From the NCBI GenBank assembly GCA_000999095.1, contig LCFP01000002.1, forward strand, positions 69,736 through 133,735: DNA of 64,000 nt, written 5' to 3'. The stretch comes from Candidatus Gottesmanbacteria bacterium GW2011_GWA2_43_14. Its GTDB lineage: Bacteria > Patescibacteriota > Microgenomatia > 2-02-FULL-39-11. The translations under genes and the position numbers were made by a program. Positions 17,900 through 26,471 of the stretch are shown piece by piece (position 1 is the stretch's first letter; each line of letters starts with the position of its first letter). The notes beneath the pieces are model-generated. The model made no database searches. It was not told the DNA's origin and worked only from the letters and a program-made list of their open reading frames with translations.

Positions 17900-19902
17900 T
17901 GAATATCTTAGTTCCCGATTCATGGCTGAGAGAATATTTGCAAACGGAAGCTACACCCCTTGATATCAAACGCTGCCTGTCGCTTTGCGGCCCGTCTGTG
18001 GAAAAAGTTAATGACATAGATAAAGAGAAGGTTTATGAAATCGAGATTACCACAAACCGGGTCGATATGGCTTCCGTTTACGGAATAGCCCGGGAAGCAT
18101 CGGCCATCCTGCCGCGTTTCGGCTTTACCGCCAAATTAAAACCGCTGCCTTTGCCGGAAAAAATCTCAGCGGCCAACGTGTTACCACTTGATATCAGCGA
18201 CCCCCGGCAGCTTTGCCGCCGCATCCTCGCAATTGTCATGGACAATGTCACTCTGGGGCAATCGCCGGAGTCTGTCAGCAAACGCCTGGAAGATAGCGGT
18301 GTCCGCAGTCTGAACAATGCCGTAGACGTGACAAATTACGTCATGCTCGAACTGGGTCATCCTGTACATGTCTTTGACTACGACCGCATAAAAACAAACC
18401 GCTTTTTGATCAGAACCGCCAAAAAATATGAGCCGATAGTCACTTTGGACGGAAAAAAATATCTCCTTAATGAAAATGACGTCATTATCGACGACGGTAC
18501 GGGCAGAGTCATAGATTTACCGGGAATTATGGGAACGGAAAACAGTGTGGTAGCGGAAAATACCAAAAGGATTATCCTTTTTATCGAATCCAACGATCCG
18601 GCCCGTATCAGAAAATCTTCACTTACCTACGGCATCAGGACCATGGCCGCCGCCATCAACGAGAAATCGCCAGATCCGGAACTGGCCTATCTGGCCCTTG
18701 AACGGGGAATCGTTTTGATGAAAAAGTTATGCGGTGCTGAACCGGCCGGCCAAATTATTGACATTTACCCCGAACGGCTAAAGAAAGTGTCAATATCTGT
18801 TTCACCTGAATTCATCAACAGCCGGTTGGGCAAAGATCTGTCCCGGAAGGAAATAACTTCAATACTTTCCTCCTTAAATTTCGATGTAAGTGAGGATAAT
18901 GATAAATTAATCAAAGTTATACCTCCTTCATACCGAAGTTTCGATGTCAGGCTGGCTGAAGACATTGTTGAAGAAGTAGCCCGCATTTACGGCTACCATA
19001 ATTTGCCTTCGTGCCTTATGGAAGGACAAATCCCCATATCGGGCAGTTCCATAAATTTCATCAGGAAAAATCAAATAAAAAAAATGCTGAAATACTGGGG
19101 CTATACCGAAACCTACAGCTATTCATTTATATCAGATGAGCTGATATCCAAAACAAAACTGGACATTACGGATCATCTGAAAATCTCAAATCCGCTGACG
19201 AATGATTTTGCATATATGCGGATATCTCTCGTTCCTTCAATTTTGGAGGCATATGCTAAAAACCAGGCTCTGAAAAAAGACCTCAAGCTTTTCGAACTAT
19301 CTGCGGTATATCAAAAAAAGAAAAATGATTTACCGGTTGAACCGGAGCGGCTGGTCATTGCCGAAAATGCTGATTTTTACCGTCATAAAGGAACAGTTGA
19401 AGGCGTTTTCCGTGAAATTGGCTTAACGGGTTGGACTGTCAAAATTAGTGCTCCGGAATTTTGGCATCCCGGAAAATCACTAACCTATCATTTGGGTAAA
19501 GATATTCTTGGGTATGCGGGACAATTACACCCTGAAGTCGCTTCTTCCTTCCGGATTAAAGAGGAAGTCTGCCTGGCTGAACTGGATATTGAAATTTTAT
19601 TGAAATTCGCCAGTGACGCCAAAATCTTCAAGAGGATTATTTCGACCCCCGAGGTCATTGAAAACTTTTCCGTATATTTAACACCGGAAATTATGGTCGG
19701 AACGCTGATAAGTGACATCAGAAGGATAAATAAATTTATCAGCCTGGTCAGTCTGACAGAGAAGTATTCTGACAGCATTAATCTGGAAATCCGTTATCGG
19801 CACCCCGAACGCAATCTGGATAAAAAGGAAATCGAGTATATTAGACGACAGATAGAAAATCTTATCAAGAAACAATTCGGACTCAAACTTAAAAATATTT
19901 AA
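17899..19902 (+). CDS. pheT: Phenylalanyl-tRNA synthetase beta subunit
   Basis: B3/B4 and B5 domain motifs (ITTNRVDMASVYGIAREASA), 667 aa, ATGA-coupled to pheS. Confidence 0.85.
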   Translation: MNILVPDSWLREYLQTEATPLDIKRCLSLCGPSVEKVNDIDKEKVYEIEITTNRVDMASVYGIAREASAILPRFGFTAKLKPLPLPEKISAANVLPLDISDPRQLCRRILAIVMDNVTLGQSPESVSKRLEDSGVRSLNNAVDVTNYVMLELGHPVHVFDYDRIKTNRFLIRTAKKYEPIVTLDGKKYLLNENDVIIDDGTGRVIDLPGIMGTENSVVAENTKRIILFIESNDPARIRKSSLTYGIRTMAAAINEKSPDPELAYLALERGIVLMKKLCGAEPAGQIIDIYPERLKKVSISVSPEFINSRLGKDLSRKEITSILSSLNFDVSEDNDKLIKVIPPSYRSFDVRLAEDIVEEVARIYGYHNLPSCLMEGQIPISGSSINFIRKNQIKKMLKYWGYTETYSYSFISDELISKTKLDITDHLKISNPLTNDFAYMRISLVPSILEAYAKNQALKKDLKLFELSAVYQKKKNDLPVEPERLVIAENADFYRHKGTVEGVFREIGLTGWTVKISAPEFWHPGKSLTYHLGKDILGYAGQLHPEVASSFRIKEEVCLAELDIEILLKFASDAKIFKRIISTPEVIENFSVYLTPEIMVGTLISDIRRINKFISLVSLTEKYSDSINLEIRYRHPERNLDKKEIEYIRRQIENLIKKQFGLKLKNI

Positions 19903-19965
19903 GCTTTTGCTTCACCTTCTCTTCGGCTGATTTTATGTTAAAATACAGGCGCTTCTAACTATTTA

Positions 19966-20064
19966 ATGGGTAAAATGTCATTTTCCAAAGGTTTTATTTT
20001 TCAGAAATTAGAACAAAAAACGATAATTTTTGACGGAGAAAACTCATTTCTGCATAAAAGGTAA
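19966..20064 (+). pseudogene. 32-aa ORF equal to the N-terminal third of a PqqD-like protein, ended by a premature stop (probable decayed PqqD-like gene).
   Basis: MGKMSFSKGFIFQKLEQKTIIFDGENSFLHKR aligns closely to residues 13-45 of the PqqD-like protein at 48931..49248 (MKKITVNKGFVSRKLGKKTMIFDGEKSLLI). It lies 20 nt upstream of the HprK-like paralog. Confidence 0.4.
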
Positions 20065-20084
20065 TATCAAATGCTTAAAAATTA

Positions 20085-20885
20085 ATGACGAATAATTGTC
20101 TCTTCTTGAATATCGCCGATTATTACTTCAAAATAAATTTTTTGGAAAATGACCTTAAATTTATTTTTGATAATCTCAAAAAAGAAATTGGCAGTAAATT
20201 TTCAGGATTTATCAGTACCAATATCCCAAAAAAATATCAATTTGAAATAAATATTATTGTAAGTAATAAATTTGATGTTTTTTTTAACCGTAATAAAAAA
20301 GATGTATATATAAAGTTTTACAGATATACATCACCTTATACTGTTGAGACTTACTATCAAATAAGTATCTACCAGTTTCAACTGATTTTAATAGATGGGA
20401 TTTACAGAATTTTGATAAAAAATAAAGCCTTTATATTTCATGCATCGGCCAATCTGATCAACGGAAAGGCAAGTTTATTTTTAGGCGGTGATGGCGCAGG
20501 AAAATCAACAATCATGAAAATTTTAAGAAATAAATTTACGCCTTTGGCCGATGACAGCATGATTATCCGGAAAATTAAGGATAAATATTATGCTTTCCAA
20601 ACTCCTTTTATAGAAAAAGAAACGTGGTTAAAGAGAAAAAAGGGGAAATATCTGCTTGGTAAAATATATTTTATAAATAAAGCTGATTTTTATTCGATTA
20701 AAAAAATCAGCAGTATAGAATCAGCACTTAAAAAAACTATAGAGCTAAATAAGCATTTCAGCATAACTGACAAGGAATATTACCAGCAAGTTAAATCGCA
20801 AATGGAATTTACTTCAGACTTTCCCTACCAGTATAATCTCCATTTCGGACTCAATAAAAAGAAGGTATTATCCTTATTCATTTAA
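20085..20885 (+). CDS. HPr-kinase/phosphorylase-C-domain-like P-loop protein (paralog of 48086..48934)
   Basis: AFIFHASANLINGKASLFLGGDGAGKSTIMKIL...PLADDSMII matches the Hpr_kinase_C Walker-A region (H..v..G.G.L..G.SG.GKS...L....LvADD) and aligns to the second copy in the window. A+T-rich codon usage. Confidence 0.55.
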   Translation: MTNNCLFLNIADYYFKINFLENDLKFIFDNLKKEIGSKFSGFISTNIPKKYQFEINIIVSNKFDVFFNRNKKDVYIKFYRYTSPYTVETYYQISIYQFQLILIDGIYRILIKNKAFIFHASANLINGKASLFLGGDGAGKSTIMKILRNKFTPLADDSMIIRKIKDKYYAFQTPFIEKETWLKRKKGKYLLGKIYFINKADFYSIKKISSIESALKKTIELNKHFSITDKEYYQQVKSQMEFTSDFPYQYNLHFGLNKKKVLSLFI

Positions 20886-22077
20886 AATAACGACTGACGA
20901 CAAATTCGGGACTGGTTTTTAACGGAAGGAATGGTAAATATTTTTTTTCAGAATAACCTGCTTTTAAACTCTTCTTCATGATCAGAATGCCGTTGCTGAT
21001 TTTTTTTATCTTTAATCTTTGAAAATATTTTACTAAATTCTCAGTTTGTTGCAGATATATTTTATAATCGGCTTTTAACAAATCATGGCTGATCAGCCAT
21101 GAATAATGATACGGGTCACTTTCACTGAGTATTAAATATAGAATTTTATATTTTTTTTTATTTTGGCCTAACCATCTATCGGCTGATTTTCTAAATTCAT
21201 CTTGTTCTGATTCATGGATAGTACAATTTACATGGCTAAATCCATCATCTGAAAGATGATCGGGAATGCTGCTTATAATCTTTTCCAAAATGTTTATACC
21301 TGGTTTTTGAGATAAGGAAGATATATCACCATTTTCAAGTATTGATTTTATACTGGGGGGATTGGCAACTATTAAATCATATTTTTCGCCGGCTGCAGAT
21401 TCGAATAAATTACTTAATTTGAATTCAATATTTCCTGCTTGATTTAACCGGAAATTAAAATTGCTATAGTTTATTGCCCGAGGATTAATATCAACGGCTG
21501 CAACTTTTTGAGAAATTAGGGAAGATATAATTGCATGAAAACCGCACCCTGTCCCCAAATCAAATACTGATCTGTATTTTTTTTTAACTACGGATTCCCA
21601 GAGATTGATAGAATCATGACTGATGGGGTAAACTGTTTCCTTAAAGGAATATAAAACAAGTTTATCTTCACTGTAGTCAAATCTGAACAAAAAATCGCAG
21701 GTAAAAAAAAGATTGTGATAAGGCAAAATTGAGACTTTGGACTGTATCGCGTTTCCGTATGTTTCCTCTAAGATACTGAGATGTATGTACCTTTTAATCA
21801 TACTGACCGGAATAATTGCGGCTAAATCTTTAATTAATACTTTATTTCCTAAAAAAAATAAATAAAAGCCGATTCCCTGAAATTTCAGGTGTCTGACTTT
21901 CTGGATTAAAACTGCATATTCCGCAAATGATCTTCTGTATGGATCTATATTAGATTGACGGAAGTCTGAAGTAGTATAACCAAGTTGATGAAATAAATTC
22001 CTTAGGGAATCATAGTCCTGCCGCTTAAACAGATGAAGTGGAAGGGTAGTATCAGGAACAATTCTGTCGATTACCAT
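20878..22077 (-). CDS. Class I SAM-dependent methyltransferase, HemK/PrmC-like (NPPS motif), with an ~150-aa N-terminal extension.
   Basis: SAM motif I VFDLGTGCGFHAI, AAVDINPRAI, and catalytic motif IVANPPS (NPPY-type). Confidence 0.6.
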   Translation of the reverse strand: MVIDRIVPDTTLPLHLFKRQDYDSLRNLFHQLGYTTSDFRQSNIDPYRRSFAEYAVLIQKVRHLKFQGIGFYLFFLGNKVLIKDLAAIIPVSMIKRYIHLSILEETYGNAIQSKVSILPYHNLFFTCDFLFRFDYSEDKLVLYSFKETVYPISHDSINLWESVVKKKYRSVFDLGTGCGFHAIISSLISQKVAAVDINPRAINYSNFNFRLNQAGNIEFKLSNLFESAAGEKYDLIVANPPSIKSILENGDISSLSQKPGINILEKIISSIPDHLSDDGFSHVNCTIHESEQDEFRKSADRWLGQNKKKYKILYLILSESDPYHYSWLISHDLLKADYKIYLQQTENLVKYFQRLKIKKISNGILIMKKSLKAGYSEKKYLPFLPLKTSPEFVVSRYFK

Positions 22078-22100
22078 TTAAGGCTGTACTCCCGGGAAAA

Positions 22101-22595
22101 TTATAGTGAAGTATATTTTTCTACTCGCTTTTCAAGCATTCTCAATTTTTTTTCCGTTATACTATTTTTTTCTGTAAGTTCTTTTATTGCTTCAACTAAA
22201 ATTGCTGTAAAGGCAGGGTAGTTAACCCCCAGATAATTTCGGTTAATTTTTTTAGCAAGTTGAGGAAAGGCAATTTTTACGTCTTGTGCCAGCAAACCCA
22301 TGGAGTCGGTGTTTTTCTGAATGCCTAACGACTTAAAAGATCTTTTCCATTGAAATTCATAAGCCTGAAGTCTTTTAATTTTTTCCAAAACCTTCTTAAC
22401 CGGCTTGAGTTTATTTTTTAATTTCCTGTCACTACAGGAGAAACAAGTTCCACAGCAGGCTAAGAGTTCACCATTGACTTCCGGAATGAAATTAAAATAA
22501 CCATCGTATTCATCATATAAATTAAAAAACATATTCAGCTTTATTTTTACTGATTTAATAGCAGGCTTTCTGTAAATGGGATATTTTTTCTTCAT
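22101..22595 (-). CDS. Small protein: an N-terminal ~54-aa Lys-rich/Cys-rich peptide fused to a C-terminal Peptidase-S74-type intramolecular chaperone auto-processing domain.
   Basis: The C-terminal region SDRKLKNKL..LEKIKRLQAYEFQWK..MGLLAQDVKIAFPQL..YLGVNYPAFTAILVEAIKEL matches the phage tail-spike chaperone consensus (sDrrLK..pvsY.y......G.iAQeve...Pe..dYs.LvpllieAikeL). The N-terminal part, ending ..ELLACCGTCFSC, is homologous to the peptide at 47940..48131. Confidence 0.55.
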   Translation of the reverse strand: MKKKYPIYRKPAIKSVKIKLNMFFNLYDEYDGYFNFIPEVNGELLACCGTCFSCSDRKLKNKLKPVKKVLEKIKRLQAYEFQWKRSFKSLGIQKNTDSMGLLAQDVKIAFPQLAKKINRNYLGVNYPAFTAILVEAIKELTEKNSITEKKLRMLEKRVEKYTSL

Positions 22596-22678
22596 AACAG
22601 GGTAATTTTATTAATCTAATTTATAATACCGAAATTAGAGCTTCTATGTCAATCATTTGCATCCGCCCGGCAAATACA

Positions 22679-23701
22679 TCAGCTCTTTTTTAATTCAGTC
22701 CTTTTCTTTTTAATCTCTCCGGCAATTATCTGATGAATTTCTTTTGCATAATGGCAGTGGAAAAAAGTAGAAGGGTTTGCCTGTGATTGAAGATAACGAT
22801 TAATGGCCTCAGACGGATCAAGACAGAGATTGCTGTTTTTACGGCAATATGAAAGATATACCGGATTATTTGCTTCCCCTGCCGAAGTCAGTTCTTTATA
22901 ACTTGGAATATTTACCAGCATCATTGTTGCACCGGATTCGACAACTGCTGTTTGCATTTCATTAAGCAAAGCCATGGCTATTTTATTGGTTTCAGAACGG
23001 ACTTTTTCCTGATTTACATAATATTTATCATAAATCATGCTTAAGATATCTGATAAGATTAAATGAAATTGCCCGGCATATTTTTTGGGGTCTGTTAAAG
23101 GTTGATTAACCTGCGTTAATTTTCCCCCGACAAAGGCGAATTTAGGCTTTTGATAATCAATAAAGCCGTATTTCACTCTTTCTACATCATCACTGTAAAA
23201 ACCAACTATTACCATATCAGGTTGATATTTCAATGCCCGTTTTAATTTTAAGTACTCCTGATCCAAACCATAGCCATGAACTCCCATATTAAAGACTTCA
23301 GTATCTTCGGAGATTTTTTCCAAATAATAGGAATAAGTTTCCTCATCATCCGCACACTCCCCGAATGTATAGGAGTCTCCAATGGCGATAATTCTGTTTT
23401 TTTTTCGTTGATTGATATAATTATCAGGGGCTCTGAAACCTTCTGAATTGATAGTGACTTTCGTGCCGTCAACAAGCTGGGCTTTGGTGTCTTTTTTAGG
23501 AATCCACCCCAATAGAGGATCGAATTCGTAGATTTCAGGAAGATGGGTAGGCGAGTTATTGGTTCGCTGGGTGTGCCAATACCATTTCCACCAGCCTTCT
23601 GATTTTTGATAGTTTATTTGATAGAAAGGTGTTCTTAAAAAAACTTCAGTTATAATTATTCCTGATGTCAAACCAATAATAATTAATAATATTTTTTTCA
23701 T
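22679..23701 (-). CDS. Membrane-anchored SGNH/GDSL-family hydrolase (paralog 1 of 3)
   Basis: N-terminal TM helix; GDS block IIAIGDSYTFGEC. More distant from the two paralogs at 55024 and 60577. Confidence 0.55.
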   Translation of the reverse strand: MKKILLIIIGLTSGIIITEVFLRTPFYQINYQKSEGWWKWYWHTQRTNNSPTHLPEIYEFDPLLGWIPKKDTKAQLVDGTKVTINSEGFRAPDNYINQRKKNRIIAIGDSYTFGECADDEETYSYYLEKISEDTEVFNMGVHGYGLDQEYLKLKRALKYQPDMVIVGFYSDDVERVKYGFIDYQKPKFAFVGGKLTQVNQPLTDPKKYAGQFHLILSDILSMIYDKYYVNQEKVRSETNKIAMALLNEMQTAVVESGATMMLVNIPSYKELTSAGEANNPVYLSYCRKNSNLCLDPSEAINRYLQSQANPSTFFHCHYAKEIHQIIAGEIKKKRTELKKS

Positions 23702-23826
23702 TTCCGGCTTGTTTTTTACCTTATGTATGATATTGTCTGAATTAATCTTATTGAAAGAGATTTTTTATAAGTAATTTTTTAACCCGATCTTCGGCATTAT
23801 CTTAACATATGTTTAATGATTGACTT

Positions 23827-25845
23827 ATGAATTCTAAAAAAAACTCATATAAGAGAATCTCTTTCTTGAAAAAGATTTTTATTCTATCATTTTTATTATC
23901 GATCCCTGTAATATATATTTTTTATGATGATTTTATTCGATCAGCAAAAACTGTTTACTATTTTGATATGGATGACTCTTCACAGGAATTATTGATTCCT
24001 TCCGGTCAAAATCATCCGGTATTGAAAATAGCGGGTAAAGTCAGGGAAATTACAGGCATCAAAAATAAAGCCTTAGAGCTTGAAGAACAGAACCGTTTGA
24101 CCTGCCTAAATAATATTACTTGCCTCAAATTAGATATCGACAAAGGTTTGAGTCTGATTCTTTGGATTAAAATAAAATCCGGTGATAAAAAACCCTTTCA
24201 ACAGGAAATTATCTCATTAACCCAGAATTACGGTGATAATTTTAAGAAAAAAAGTTTTTACAACGTCTTTGACTTGGCAACATTAAACAGTCAGGCCAAG
24301 GGATATATCAGCGGTATCTTTGACGGCAGGTACCTATATTTAATTCCGATAAAAAATGATTTGAAATATCATGGTCTCGTTGCTAGGTATGATACATCCA
24401 AAGTTTTTAACCAAACCAACTCCTGGGAGATATTTGATACGGAAAAAATCAATAAAGCCGCCAAAGGCTACGGCGGGGGAGTCTTTGACGGTCAATATAT
24501 CTACCTGGTTCCCAATTATAACGATAATACCCGTTCCGGTCTTGTAGTCAGATTTGATACCCGAAAGGAATTCCGGAATAAGTCTTCCTGGGAGATTTTT
24601 GATACCACTCTGCTTAATGACAATTCCCGAGGTTTTTGGGGCGGGATATTTGACGGCCGTTATATTTATTTTGTACCACATCACCACAACAAAGATTATT
24701 CCGGCGTAATTACGCAATATGACACAACTTCAGCATTTTCTTCTCCTGATGCCTGGAGAATTACCGACATCACTAAATTCAACAGTCGAGCCAAAGGATT
24801 TTTAGGAGGAATATATGACGGCAGGTATGTCTATTTTATCCCTAACCGTACCGGCGTAGACATTTTCAGCGGTTTGTTGGGGATTTATGACACCGGAAAA
24901 GATCTGCAATCAGCCTCTGCCTGGCAATTTTTCGATATTCAAAAATTGAATCCCCAGGCAAAAGGCTTTGCCGGTGGAGTCTTTGACGGCAGGTACATCT
25001 ACCTGGCACCTTTATTTTCCGATCCTGTTAATTTTAACGGACTGTCGGCCAGGTATGACACCCGGTTGCCCCTGCTTTCTCCTTTAGCCTGGCAATTTAA
25101 CAACTTGAGCAATCTGGATCAGAATGCTAAAGGCTTTATTGATATCGCCTTTGACGGTAAAAATCTATACTATATTCCGTTCAGAAACCGCTACACTGAA
25201 AGTGAAGAAATTATGGCTGGAGGACTGAAATCCTGGTGTTCTGCCGATCAAACAGGCGGATTCAGCGGTACTATTGCCCGTTATAAGACAGGTGATGATT
25301 TTAGCCGAAATCAGTCATGGTCTTTTTTCGATTTAACTTCTATTGATTCAACATATAAAGGTTTTTGGGGCGGCGCTTTTGACGGGCGTTTCCTTTATTA
25401 TATTCCGGTTAAGTTTGCCTGCTCAATCTTAAGCAGCCAAATTATAAGGTATGATACGGTCGATACAGCACTCAGCCAAATAAAACTGATTGTCTCTCCC
25501 GTCTTTCAAAGCAGCTTTTCGTCCCAGAATAAGTCGGATCTTGTTTTAACCGGAAATATATTACGTCAGAATATCTCAATCTACTCCGGGGAAAATATTG
25601 CCGATAATCAGTGGCATCAGCTTGCTTTGGTAATTGACGGTTCTTCAGCCAGTCTCTATGTTGATGGCAAACAAAAAAAGGTAAAATATCCTGATCAGAT
25701 CAAGAATAAAATCGGGGATTTTTTGCTGACTGTCGGTAATGCAGACAGGGAGAATACGGCCGACTTTGCAATTGACGAAATTCAAATATATAATCACTCC
25801 CTGACTATAGAGAACATTAATCAACTGTATCTTAAATTCAAATGA
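23827..25845 (+). CDS. Membrane-anchored repeat protein: ~7-8 tandem ~48-aa repeats (probable beta-propeller) plus a C-terminal LamG/concanavalin-like domain.
   Basis: Repeats N..AKGF.GG[IV]FDGRY[IV]Y[LF][IV]P....sGL[VI].RYDT......SW.[IF]FD recur at least 7 times. The C-terminus NQWHQLALVIDGSSASLYVDGK...EIQIYNHSLT is a LamG-like motif. N-terminal TM anchor. Confidence 0.5.
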   Translation: MNSKKNSYKRISFLKKIFILSFLLSIPVIYIFYDDFIRSAKTVYYFDMDDSSQELLIPSGQNHPVLKIAGKVREITGIKNKALELEEQNRLTCLNNITCLKLDIDKGLSLILWIKIKSGDKKPFQQEIISLTQNYGDNFKKKSFYNVFDLATLNSQAKGYISGIFDGRYLYLIPIKNDLKYHGLVARYDTSKVFNQTNSWEIFDTEKINKAAKGYGGGVFDGQYIYLVPNYNDNTRSGLVVRFDTRKEFRNKSSWEIFDTTLLNDNSRGFWGGIFDGRYIYFVPHHHNKDYSGVITQYDTTSAFSSPDAWRITDITKFNSRAKGFLGGIYDGRYVYFIPNRTGVDIFSGLLGIYDTGKDLQSASAWQFFDIQKLNPQAKGFAGGVFDGRYIYLAPLFSDPVNFNGLSARYDTRLPLLSPLAWQFNNLSNLDQNAKGFIDIAFDGKNLYYIPFRNRYTESEEIMAGGLKSWCSADQTGGFSGTIARYKTGDDFSRNQSWSFFDLTSIDSTYKGFWGGAFDGRFLYYIPVKFACSILSSQIIRYDTVDTALSQIKLIVSPVFQSSFSSQNKSDLVLTGNILRQNISIYSGENIADNQWHQLALVIDGSSASLYVDGKQKKVKYPDQIKNKIGDFLLTVGNADRENTADFAIDEIQIYNHSLTIENINQLYLKFK

Positions 25846-25880
25846 AGGAAAACGCTGACAGAAGCCTGTTCTTCCTATTT

Positions 25881-26438
25881 CTATAATCGGGTTATTTGCC
25901 AAGCATAAAGTGCCTGCCCGCTTTTTGACTGGGAGATATCCATGGAAACTGTTATTTTAATCCTGTCTCCGAGCTGAAGTTCGGTTAATTCCAATTTATT
26001 TTCCGACAAATCCGTAAAAGTGTACTGTGATTTCTGTTTTTCAGTATCTTCAGGAAACTTCATCGGATGAAGTCCACCATCTTCACCTCTAAGGATAAAA
26101 GTAAAAGGAGGCTTATCAGAAATCATAATTTCCTGAATTTCTCCCTCTAAAGTTACGCTGACGACAAATTGTTTAAGCACATCAGGGTTAATTTTGAGGG
26201 AGCTGTCGAGCAAATTCATCAAGAGAACACTGTCCAATCCGTTAATACTCACAGCCGGTGACGGAAAAGCCGGCGCCGGAAAATTGCTCTTGTTATTTTG
26301 TTCATTTATTCCAGCCAGATTCCGGAAGATAGCCTGGAAGTTGAAATTGAGAGAGTAATAGTAAATAATTTCAATAATCGTCAGAGTCAATAAAAGACCC
26401 AGTATTATTATTAGGAGTTTGCGAGAACGAATTATCAT
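25881..26438 (-). CDS. Hypothetical membrane-anchored protein
   Basis: ORF with an N-terminal TM segment (LLIIILGLLLTLTIIEII). Start set at the internal ATG (MIIRSRK) to avoid abutting the divergent downstream gene. No motif recognised. Confidence 0.3.
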   Translation of the reverse strand: MIIRSRKLLIIILGLLLTLTIIEIIYYYSLNFNFQAIFRNLAGINEQNNKSNFPAPAFPSPAVSINGLDSVLLMNLLDSSLKINPDVLKQFVVSVTLEGEIQEIMISDKPPFTFILRGEDGGLHPMKFPEDTEKQKSQYTFTDLSENKLELTELQLGDRIKITVSMDISQSKSGQALYAWQITRL

Positions 26439-26471
26439 CTTCCTTCTTATCGTATAAAATGACTGATACAT

